A stretch of 64,000 nt of DNA from contig NC_069000.1 of assembly GCF_001194135.2 (NCBI RefSeq), positions 45,870,134 to 45,934,133 of the forward strand, read 5' to 3'. This stretch comes from Octopus bimaculoides (taxonomy: Eukaryota). The notes beneath the pieces were generated by a model. That model searched no databases. It was given only the letters and a program-made list of their open reading frames with translations, and was not told the DNA's origin. A program made the translations under genes and the position numbers. Shown here in pieces: positions 40,286-51,845 of the stretch. Each line of letters starts with the position of its first letter. The first letter of the stretch is position 1.

Positions 40286-41017
40286 AAAAAAATTTCCTCA
40301 CATCTGTTTTATTTATTTAATTTTTTTTATGTTGTTCACATTAACACTTTCTATTTTTTGTTCCCTGAACAATGCATTGTATATATATATAAACTGTATG
40401 TATGTTGAACAATGAAAATGAGAACTCAACACCACATTGGTGTTATCTATATATATATATATATCTATATATACACACATATATATAGATAAGTTCAAGT
40501 TGACTAGGATTTCAAATTCTTGTCATAATAAGCTCGTTATATCACCCAATTAGTGGAATAGGATAATAAATGAAACTAGATCCTACTCAACTTGAATTTT
40601 ACAATAAAATATTCCGGTCAGTCAAATGTTCTGTTCTTCTTAAACTAGTTTTTAAATAATTCTTTCTTATTTTGACCCAAGGTCAGTAATTTGGAGAGGA
40701 AGGATCTCCCGTATTACATCGACTTTAGCTGTTGACTGTTGTTAGGGAGTAAGGGACTGTCTTGAGAGAAGAACCCTACCCAACTCAGGCAAGCGTTTCG
40801 ACCCTTAACTTCTTACACTGTATGGAGACCAGGCCACATCTAGGTCAAGACCCTTGGGTACCCTTCTACTGATATTTTCTAACCTCTTGGACATTGGGGA
40901 CTTGGAGAATATCTAGTTGGAACTCCTCTCTTTTGGCTCAGCTTTCAAAATCATACTTAAATAACAAATAACATTATTTACATTCGACAGATATTTGTCC
41001 TCATCTTGTTTGTTGTT

Positions 41018-41063
41018 AACACAACATTTCGGCTGATATACTCTCCAGCCTTCACCAGGTGTC
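41018..41063 (-). ncRNA. Hammerhead copy in left arm of foldback element, core variant CTGGTGA
   Basis: Minus strand reads GACAC-CTGGTGA-A-GGCTG(GAGAGTATAT)CAGCC-GAA-ATGT-T-GTGTT. The A6G change in the core probably inactivates it. Confidence 0.55.
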
Positions 41064-41330
41064 TTGGGGAAATTGCAAACCTGGGTTCTCGTTCCTAAGG
41101 TATTTTTCGATATAATTATTATTATTCGGGAATCGAACTCAGAATCTAGGGGTTAGTAGCCCGTACTCTTGACCACTATGCCTGTGGGCATAGTGGTGTA
41201 GCGTTTAAGAGTGCTGGCCACTAACCCCAAGATTCCAAGTTTGATTCCAGGTAGTGACCTGAATAATAATAATAATAATAATATCGAAAAATACCTTAGG
41301 AATGAGAACCCAGGTTAGAAATTTCCCCAA

Positions 41331-41376
41331 AACACCTGAAGAAGGCTGGAGGGTATATCAGCCGAAATGTTGTGTT
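41331..41376 (+). ncRNA. Minimal type I hammerhead in right arm of foldback element
   Basis: AACAC-CTGAAGA-A-GGCTG(GAGGGTATAT)CAGCC-GAA-ATGT-T-GTGTT. Helix I pairs 5/5 and helix II 5/5; helix III is the minimal A(C/T)GT type. Confidence 0.65.
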
Positions 41377-44353
41377 AACAACAAACAAGATGAGGACAAA
41401 TATCCATCAAATGTAAATAATTTACATAATTCCTCATCTCTTAAATATAGAACTGTATCAAATAACATTGGTTGTCATGGTAACCTTTATCAGTCCCAAA
41501 AGGACGAAAGGCAAAGTTTATTTTGGCAGGATTTGAACTGAAAATGTAAATAGCTGTAAAAAAAATACTGCTAAGCATTGGGTCTGACATGCTGACCATT
41601 CTATCAGCTCGTTGCCTGAACTAGCTCTAACGTAACGGTTTCAAATTTCGGCACAGTGCCAGCAGTTTTTGAGGGGAGGGGGAAGTTGACCCAGCACTTG
41701 ATTGGTTCCTGTTTTATTGATCTCGAAAGGATGAAAGGCAAAGTTGAGCTCAGAACGTAAAAATGTCCAGCATGCTAATGTTTCTGCCACCTTAACTAGC
41801 TTCGAAATAATAGCATTATTTTAACATTTACTCAAATACACACACACACACTCACTTATACATACATATATACACACACATATGCATACAGCTTTATATG
41901 TGCATGTGTATGATATAACTATTTTATCAATTTACCATTTCCAGTATGGTGACATATTGGTATTTCTGTAAAGAGAGAATCAGTATCTCATATCTTAAAC
42001 CTCTTCTCTTTCCACTAATCCATTGTTTGCTGAGATTTTTAATGATCTCACCTGAAACTAATTATGTTGTTAAATGTTTTCTTTTGATCTGTGTGTGCGC
42101 GCGCGCGCATATTTTATTTGTACAAGATTATTGGCCACTCAGATTATGTGTAGAATATATTAAAGATAAAATAGTGAATGGATCCTTGTTGTATATGTAA
42201 ATGGTTGAGTATTCCACAGACATATACATACCCTTGGTGTAATTTTCAGACAGACTTAGTATACAACAAGGCTGGACCTTTTAAATTTCTAATACAATCC
42301 ATATGATAGGCTTCCTCACAGTTTCTTTCTATATAGAGGCATAGGTTGACTTGAAGCTGTGATGAAAGGCCCTGGCCCAAAACACTGAACAGACATGATG
42401 ATCAGACAGTTAAAGTGTTTGCTTTACTATCACCAGGTCTCACATTTGATCCCAAAGTATGGATGTGTGTAATAATACATGACTCTTTATACAACACCAG
42501 CTTTGCAGCCTCATTTTGCCATCCATAAGATGACCCAAGGCACTCAGTCCACCCTGCGAAGTGGCTGGCATTAGGAAGGGCATCCAGCTGTAGAAACCAT
42601 GCCAAAATTAAAAATGGAGCCTGGTGCAGCTATCTGGCTTGCCAGCATGGAAAATGGACGTTAAATGATGTTGATGATGAGATATATAGATATAGGTAGA
42701 CAGACATATATGGCTTGTAAAACTGAATGTGCTTTACTCTAACAAAAGCTATTAAGCACAGATTTTGAAGTAAATTGTTATGCCTGCCCTTCTAAAAACA
42801 AAATAGACTACACACACACACACACACAGCTTACACCACTGAAATTACATAGATTATGTATTACATCAGAAAATATTCTTTTTTTTTTTTTTCTTCATTA
42901 TTTGAATTTGAACATAAAACTAATTTCTTTATAAACTTCAGTTACAGCAACAGACAGTGATGGGATTTCTGATTTCAGTGAGGAATGTTTGAGCTGTTTT
43001 GACATTTCAATGTTATACATATTAACAAAATCTCATCCCTGTCACCTCACTGTTCCCTTCATGACAGTTATTACAGCTGACATCTCTGTCTTTGCTTAAA
43101 TATATTTGTATAAATAACACAGGCAACTGTTTTTTTACTTGTTTCAGTCATTAGACTGCGGCCATGCTGGGGTACTACCTTGAAGAATTTTTAGTTGAAT
43201 GAATCAGACACCAGCACTTCTTTCGTCTTTTAAAGCCTGGTACTTATTTGTCGGTTACTTTTTGCCAAACTGCTAAGTTATGGGGACATAAATACACCGA
43301 CACCGGTTGTCAAGAGATGGTGGGAGACGATGTAATCAATTAACCAGTCCCCTAAAATTTCAGGCTTTGTGCTTACTGTAGAAAAAATTATCATTATTAG
43401 AAGTTAATGGATTAGCAGAGCATCAGAAAAAACACTTTGTGCCATTCCTTCTAGCTTTGTTCTGAGTTCAAATCCCACCAAGGTCAGCTTTAACTTTCAA
43501 TTCTTCTGGGGGTCAGGCACTGAGATGAGTGTTACCTTCCCTGTCAAATTGCTGACCTTGGGGCCTAAATTAAAAACTGTATCATTACAAGAGAGAAGTG
43601 TTGTCATGGTAATGTTGAACCAAATGTTTTGCAGTATTTTCATAGTCAAAGTGAAATTAAACATCAGAGATGCTTTGCCCCTGGCAGAAACTGTTGGAAC
43701 CACTCGGGTTTTGCAAATTCTTCTAAATCTATTGCAATGCTGGGAATGCTTCCATATATCGTCAGCATGTATCTCAGGGTCACATGCGTTTCGCCCCTTA
43801 GCTTGTTGTGGGGTCAATAAAATAAAGTACCGGTCAAGTACGAAGGTTGATGGTATCAACTCAGCCCCTCCCCTCAAAGTGCTGGTCTTGTGTCTAAATG
43901 AGGATTATTATTATTTCTATGTTTATCTTCTTTTTAGGGGACATGGTATGTAGGGCTATGTTCTGAGAAAATGTGACACAAAGGGTCATGGATGCTAAAA
44001 ACAAACCGTCAATTCCTAATTCCCTTCTACCAAATTTTTGAAATAATATTTTATGGAAGAAATTTATTAGACAAAAATCAAACAAGATTCTTGAAATTTC
44101 AATTAAAATTAACCCACTGTTTCTCAAGCAGTTTTTTTTTTGTGGGGGTGCTAGTGATGGTGGGGGGCAACTTGTTAAGTTTAATTAAAAATATTTGTTT
44201 TAATAAGGTGGTTGGCATTAGGAAGAGCGTCTGGTCATAGAAACCATGCCAAAACTGACAATTGGAACCTGATGCAGCTCTCCAACCATGCCAGCTCCTG
44301 TCAAACCGTCCAACCCATACCAGCATGGAAAATGGATGTGAAATGATAATCAT

Positions 44354-44569
44354 CCTTTCTACTCTAGACACAAAGCCTGAAATCTTTGGAGAGGGAACTA
44401 GTCGATTACATTGATCCCACCATTGTTTCACTGGCACTTAATTTATCGACTCCCAAAAGATGAAAGGCAAAGTCGACCTCGGTGGAATTGGAACTCAGAT
44501 CGTAGTGACAGGTGAAATAGCGCTAAGCATTTCATCCAGCGTGCTAACGATTCTGCCAGCTCACCACCT
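44354..44569 (-). mobile_element. tRNA-derived SINE family C
   Basis: Head GAGCTGGCAGAATCGTTAGC (A box) ... CTGAGTTC(A/C)AATTCC (B box) and body GTCGACTTTGCCTTTCATCCTTT. Copies near 5730-5945, 14770-15040, 21260-21410, 30700-30830, 41490-41790, 43395-43520, 43800-43900, 47800-48165, 49335-49540, 49680-49870, 53430-53790 and 57800-57960. Confidence 0.8.
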
Positions 44570-46131
44570 CATGTTAAATGATGATGATAACGACTTTGTA
44601 TGGGTTTGTAATTGTGGTTAATTTCTTAATGACCTTCACCACTTGCAGGGTGATTGATCTTAAGTAATTACCATAACTACCACAAACCCCCCACCCAACT
44701 CCACTAGCAATCTGTCTGCTTGGTAGCACCCTAACTGGTCTCATGAAAAAAAGGTTTAATACATCAACAAGTCTCACAGTTTGTAATGTGTTGACCCTAA
44801 AACTGCAGTTAGAAGAAAGGTCACCTAACCTAGAAAGTCTTTAAGCTTTTGTCTCAAACGATAAACATGTCAGTCTTTGTACATGAACACACCAGCTGTG
44901 ATAGACTTGTCCGACTGTCATAACTTCACGTCATATGCTGTGAATTTATTACTCATTTTATTGTGACTGGCTACTAACCTCTTTGTTCCCACCCCCACCC
45001 TTGGTTCTTCAATGCAAACTTTCTGTTTTAAGCAGGTCTTCATTAAAACCTTCTGTCAACGTTTCATATTTATTCATTGCTAACACCAGCTTTATAATGA
45101 CAAAAGTTATTGACTAAATTCTTCGTTAATTTCAAAATTAATTAAAACAAAGGCAGTGTATTTTAACAGAAATATAGTAATTAAAGGAGTTAAAGGGATC
45201 TAAATTAAGAGGTCCCATCAAAATTTTAGGTTAATTTATATTCCAAACACCGACTAAGTAATGACCCAAGTGATTTTACTAAATTCTTCATTAATTTCAA
45301 AATTAATTAAAACAAAGGCATGCAAAAGCCCCTTTCGAACGTTGGGCCTCATGGAGGCAAGGACTGAGACCATTTGCCATTATGCTGGGCTTCGAGCGTT
45401 GGGCCTCACAGAGGCTGTGACCAAGTCCATTTGGCATTATGCTGTACTTGAGAGGAAGACCCATCAAGCCAAGTAAAACCACAGTTGTGGCAGATACCGG
45501 TCTCACGCAAATGGCACATAAAAGCACCATTACACTCTCAGAGTGGCTGGCATTAGGAAGGACATCCAGCTGTAGAAACCATACCAATACAGACTGGAGT
45601 CTGGTGCAGCCTTCCAGCCTTGCCAGCCCTGGTCAAACCGTCCAACCCATGCCAGCATGGACAACGGACAGTAAATGATGATGATGAAAGGCAGTATATT
45701 ACAACAGAAATAGCCTAGACATGATATCACTTCTAGACTTTTCCATTATATTTATCTTAACCTTTTTGATAACAACCCACTTGAAAGTGTCTCTGGTTCA
45801 GTAATACGAAATTCCTGTTTTAAAACGATCTAGATAAAAACCTTTCATATTAATTTATGTTCCAAATGCCAGCTTAACCCTTTCAAGCCACAACTCTGCT
45901 GTAACAGATGTGGGTACAATTGAGTCTGCATCCAGGAGATGCAAACACAACCAGGGACCCCATGGTTTTCTGTTTACAGCTTTGCTCATTGGCAGAAACA
46001 TTGTTATTTGCAGCTGCGAACACAAAACCCATGTGGTCTCCACCTGCTTTAGCTTCTTTCAAGGACACTCGAATCAAATGAAACTGAGTCTGCGAAAGCA
46101 TTCTCATGGATTCAACAGGGTTAATAATGAC

Positions 46132-46201
46132 AGTTATTTTAATTATTTTCAAAAATAATTTAAATAAGTTATTTTAATTATTTTCAAAAATAATTTAAAT
46201 A
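46132..46201. repeat. Direct duplication, 2 x 35 bp
   Basis: AGTTATTTTAATTATTTTCAAAAATAATTTAAATA occurs twice. Confidence 0.9.
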
Positions 46202-46566
46202 ACTAAAGCTGTAAGGTATTTTAAGAGAAATATGGTGACAAGGGTTAATCAAATATGGTAATGAGGGTTAATTAGGTTGTTAATATGCGAGACAACTTGT
46301 GGCATTGATTTGATTCTGACACTGGAAATTCTGAGTTCAAATCCTGTTGAGGTACAATTTTGCCTTCCATCTTTGGGAGAAGTGTGGTTGGCAGTGAGAT
46401 GACCCACAAAGAACCAGTCTAAAGTGATGCACTGACAGAATTGTTTACATATCAGATGAGATGCCTTGTTGTATTTGATCCAGCTCTTCAGATCCCACAA
46501 CAACCAATTTAGGTGATAGACTTAACTCGTCCAGTTTAACATCACCTCCACCACTGCCATCTTGAG

Positions 46567-46678
46567 TACCTTTAGCAGGGTCCACTATCTTGTAAACATT
46601 CTGACCACGTCTCCCGCCCCCATACCTTTAGCGGGGTCCACTATCTTGTAAACATTCTGACCATGTCTCCCGACCCCT
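46567..46678. repeat. Direct duplication, 2 x 56 bp
   Basis: TACCTTTAGC(A/G)GGGTCCACTATCTTGTAAACATTCTGACCA(C/T)GTCTCCCG(C/A)CCCC occurs twice. Confidence 0.9.
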
Positions 46679-47932
46679 ACTTCTCTCTCACCAGTCTCTC
46701 ACCTAAAAAGTGCCATTGGCACTCCCTTTTTCCCTAATTAAGAGATTAAAGATAAAATTACACAGGAATAAAGAGTATCATACAATGTAATCATTGGGAT
46801 TAAATTAATCCTCTCTTTCTCTCTGTATCCACTCTAATTCTTCTCTTCTACATTCACTTGCTCCAGACTGGCCACAGGTCATTCAGTTTTGCTGTTAACT
46901 TTAATAACTTTCACTTATTCACACAGATTTTTAGCCACTGCCCGATTCTTTTTTAATTTCACCCACATTGGGAAAACATTATTGTGACAACAGTTTTTTG
47001 CTGGTTCTCAAACAGCAACTATTTGTGTCACAAAACCCTTGGGAGAGGCATGAATGTCATTGCATCACTTCCACTCTAAAAAGTAGAATTTTTGACAATG
47101 CAACAACAAAAACAAAAGAGTAAAAGAAAATTCTAATTATGAGGCACGTAATCCCAGTGGGTTAATGAATTAAGGCTAATTAACTTATTGGGTTCGTATC
47201 TTGCTAACAGCAGTGTATGTTTGTGCCCTTGGGCAAGAAACTCAATTCTTCTTGCCTTGCGAAAATGTTTAAAAGAATGGCTTCATGCCTGATTAACTAA
47301 TTAATAATTTATCTTTTTTGTACATTTTCTGATATCTTGTAAATTTAAAACTGCTAAAATTTTATTTCTGTACAGAAATTAAAATGCTAATTAAAAGTTA
47401 TTAAAAAAAAGAAAAATTCTTTTCTTTATTTTGTTCACATTTTTTTCCTCAGTTTGTTTTGGTTGTCTTCAACGAGGAAGCCTCTACATGGATGCTAGAA
47501 ATACCAGCCATATAATTTTCAAATCCCATTGCAAGTCTTAAAATAACAACAACAGCAACAATAAAAAAAAGGAACATATTTTTAGTGTAGTCCTAGATAT
47601 ACATTGTCTGCAAAAACAAGCAGGATGGTCATAGCTGGAATACCTTAGAATTATAGGCCAGTTCAAACAGGGCTGACTTAGGGAGAAATGATTACAACCC
47701 TTTAGAGTGTGGGTACTTAATAATAATTAAAAGTTCTTCAAGGTGGTACTCCAGCATGGCAGCAACCTAGTGACTGAAACAAGTTTAAAAAAAAAAAAAC
47801 TGGACCATTTTACTATCTAATCGTCATCCTTTTGGGGTCGATATAATAAGTAGCACTTAAATACTGGAGTTGATGTAATCGACTGCCTGCCACCTCCTCC
47901 AAATTACTGTCCTTGTGCCCAAAGTAGAAACG

Positions 47933-47964
<32 letters not shown>

Positions 47965-50900
47965 GGTGGGGGCAAGCTGGCAGAATTGTTAGCATGTTGG
48001 GCAGAAATGCTCGGCAGCATTTCGTCAGTCTTTACATTCTGAGTTCAACTTCGCCTTTCTCCTTTCAGGGTTGATAAAATAAGTACCGAGCACCAGGGTC
48101 AGGTAATGGACTGACACATCGCTCCCCCACCAACTCTCGCTGGCCTTGTGCCAAAATCTGGAACCAATCTAAATTTATTCAGTTTCAATTGGTCCTTTGT
48201 CTCCATGGTCTCCATCACTAAAGTACAACACCAGTCTCTTAATCCAGTTCGCTTAGTTCCGTCATATATCGTGACATCCGTCTTTAAACTATTCTGTGAG
48301 GTACCAAGTGTTGTTTCAGTCTAGTGTTGCTACTTAACGTCACTATTCCAAAAATGTATAACTTCCTGGATGTGAAAGAATTTTGAAGGAAACATGTGTA
48401 AAGTAGGTTCTATGAGACCCCGCCCTCTCTCTCAATTTAAGAGTCAACCAGTTCCTGTTAGGCTTGGCTTTGCCATGTCAATAATTAACTAACAACTTTG
48501 CCAATCACTGAGAGCAATTAATTAATTAAGGCTGTGAATTGGCAGAGCTGTTAGAGCACAGAGTCTGAATAAATATCTTAAAGGATGCTGTCTAACACTC
48601 ATGAGTTCTAATCCTGCCAAGGCCCACTTTGTCCCTTTCGTTCTTTCAAGGGTCAAAAAGAAAAAAAGAAAAAATCCTACTTCAGGATAATGTAAAACAT
48701 CAAACCAGATGCCTTGTGGTATTCATTCTGACACTTTGCATTCTGAGTTCAAATCCTGCCATAGTCTATTTGGGTGATGGACTTAATCCCTCAGCCGGTT
48801 TAATATCACCACCAGGCACCTAGTGGGGGGGGGGCACTGTGTTGCAAACATTTGGGCTGGATTTTCTGTTATTAGGATACTTTCCCCACTCCTTTCCTTC
48901 AGCCCCAGGGGCCCTATGAAGTTTTGTGGGCACTGCCCCTCACTTTCGGTTAGAAAATGCAAAGAAAAAAGAAGAAAAAAAACAAGTAATGTGACTCACC
49001 TAACAGACGTGGTTCTGTGGTTAGGAAGATTACTTCATAAGCATGTGATCCTGGGTTCAATAACTTGGTAGATGGGAACTGGAAAAAGTCCGTCACATAT
49101 ATATATATATATATACTCTTTTCCTTGTTTCAGTCACTGGACTGCGACCATGCTGGAGCACCGCCTTTAGTCGAACAAATCGACCCCAAGACTTATTCTT
49201 TGTAAGCATAGAACTTATTCCATTGGTGTCTTTTGCCGAATTATTTTACCTGGAAACAAGGTGAGGGTTAACAACAGGAAGTGAATCTGCCCATAGAAAA
49301 TCTGCATCAATAAATTTCAACCTTAATATGATGACGGCAACAAGCTGACAGAATCGTTAGCCAGACAAGAGAAAATGCTCGGCAGCATTTCGTCAGTCTT
49401 TATGTTCCTAGTTCAAATTCCACTGAGGTCGACTTCACCTTTCATCCTTTTGGGGTTCAATTAAACAAGCTCTTGTTGAACACTGGGAGTGATGTGATCA
49501 ACTGGCACCCTTCCAGCAAATGCTGGCCTTGTGCTAAAATTTGAAATTAATATGATGACGATGGTGATGATTGTTTCTTCCATGGTAGTCATGGCAACTG
49601 ATCTTTCCATTCCTGATACTCTTCGTCAGTCACAAGTCCTGACACAAATGTTACACTTCCTTATTCTTGGACTCTCTGGTGACAGGAAGCAGAATTTGAA
49701 CCTAAAACACACAGAACTGGAATAGACACCACAAAGTATCAAGTCCGACGCTCTATCAATCCACTATCCTGGACTAGTTACTATATTCTATCGACCCCCT
49801 GATAGAATAAATAACAATGTTGATCTTGGCAGAATTTGAACCCAGAATGCAGAAAGTCACAACAAATACTGCAAAGTGGTTGTGTGGATACAAAGATTGG
49901 TTTGTTACCAAATGGTTTTGAGATCTATCCCACTGCATGGTACTTTGGCCAAATGTCTTCTATCGTAAACTTGGTTCCATCAATGTCTTGTATGTAGAAT
50001 TAGTATTTGGAAATTACATAGAAGCCCATTGTCATCATCATCATTTAGTGCCTGTTTTCCATGCTGGCATGGGTTGGATCGTTTCACAGGAGCTGGCCAG
50101 TTGGCTCCAATTATCTATTTTGGTATGCTTTCTCCAGCTGGATATCTTTCCTAATGCCAGCCACTTACAGAGTTTTCTGCGTGCTCTTAACATGGTGCAT
50201 ATGTATGTGTGTGTTGTGTGTGTATCTTTGAAAATGTTCACATTTTGTGACTTCACACAAAAAAATCTTGAGTGAAAAAAAGGAAACTTTTTGACATTCC
50301 TTGCAAATGAATTATCCTGCAGCTCAGCATTTTGGCAGACAAGTGGAATCATAAAACCGTCCCTTGCTTGAGAAACAACTAAGGTTTAATGACTGGAAGG
50401 GCATCCAGCTGTGCAATAATGTCTCAACATACATTTGTTTAACTCATGCCAGCATGGAAAAAAAAGTGAATGTAGACTGAATCATCATCATTTAACATCC
50501 ATTTTCCATACTGGCATGGGTTGGACAAACCAGAGACCTGCACCAGGCCCCAATTGTCCATTTTAGTATGGTTTCTACAGCTGGATGCCCTTCCTAACGC
50601 CAACCACTTTACAGAGTGAACCAAGTCTACTGGGTTCTTCTGATGTGGCACCTTTTTTACATGGTGCCAATGAAAGATATTGTCTAAAATTCTGCTAATT
50701 CAATGTGGACTGTCCTGTAGCGGTCAGTGTTAACAACCAGTACATAACTAACATCTAACATGAAGTGCCATTTCTGCCATGGTCAACATTTTACGTCCAA
50801 TAGGGTTAATGTCTTGTATTGTGGTGGTCAGTGTTAATAACTTGTACATAACACCAACAAATTTGGACCATACCGTTTCCACAAAGGTCAAGTTTACTGT

Positions 50901-51351
50901 CGACTGGACAAGAAGTGGTCAGAATCTTTTGTTTTACTTGTTTCAGACATTGGACTGCGGTCATGCTGGGGCATTACCTTCAGGAATTTTAGTCAAATGA
51001 ATTAACCCCAGTACTAACTTTGTTTTAAGCCTGATATTTATTCTATCGGTCTCTTTTGCTGAACCTCTGAGTCATGGGGACGCAAACACACCGACACTGG
51101 TTGTTAAGCAGTGGTACAGGACAAACAAACACTCAGATATATGTACGATGGCTTCTTTCACTCACGCAGCTTTGGTTGGCCCAAGGCTATAGAAGAATCC
51201 AGAACCACGTGGTTGAGAAGCAAACTTCTTACCACGCAGGAGACACACTGTAGTCAACCTGACTGGGGACTGTACCATAATGGTCAGTGTTAATGTCCTG
51301 TACAATAACACCTAACATAACGAGACAAGCATTTCCAGTCATGGTCAGCAG

Positions 51352-51357
51352 TTTATT
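51352..51357 (-). terminator. Candidate GPR89 polyadenylation signal
   Basis: AATAAA on the minus strand about 490 nt after the stop codon. Confidence 0.3.
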
Positions 51358-51845
51358 GTGGACAATACAAAAGAGACGGAACATGAAATGGTCTCTTGTT
51401 TAAAGTAACAACGATGAGAGATGGAGAGAAAAGATTTTATATAAATGACTCTTAACAAGGAACGGACATGGTTTGGTCCAAGAGATTTCATGCACCATTA
51501 ATGGTGATGGTTGATGCAGCATTGGAAGAAGTAGAGGAGGAGGAGGAAACAAACTTTTAATTTCTAAAGAAAGATAGCCTTGAATATTTACATAATAAAG
51601 CAGGGATGAAAGACGCAGGAAATTGGGGGGNNNNNNNNNNNNNNNNNNNNNNNNNNNNNNNNNNNNNNNNNNNNNNNNNNNNNNNNNNNNNNGGGGGGGG
51701 GGAGTATATGATCTTAGACGTTTGTCAAATGCTAAGGGGAACAACCCAATGTCTATAGCATCTGAAAGAAGAAAATATGAGAATATTTCTTGTGTTAAAA
51801 AAAAAAAAAAAAGTGAGATGTTTTTAAATAGTTTATGAACGAAAA

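Larger units (their letters stand above)
40973..41421. mobile_element. 449-bp foldback element of two head-to-head tRNA-derived SINE-like units
   Basis: Left and right arms are reverse complements, from ATTATTTACATT to AATGTAAATAAT, centred on ACCACTATGCC-TGTG-GGCATAGTGGT (41172-41197). B boxes: GTTCGATTCC on - (41129-41138) and GTTTGATTCC on + (41239-41248). Confidence 0.8.

Noticed and set aside
41187-41258. Possible genuine tRNA gene
   Set aside because: No acceptor stem, a degenerate B box, and it is embedded in a repeat; treated as a SINE head.
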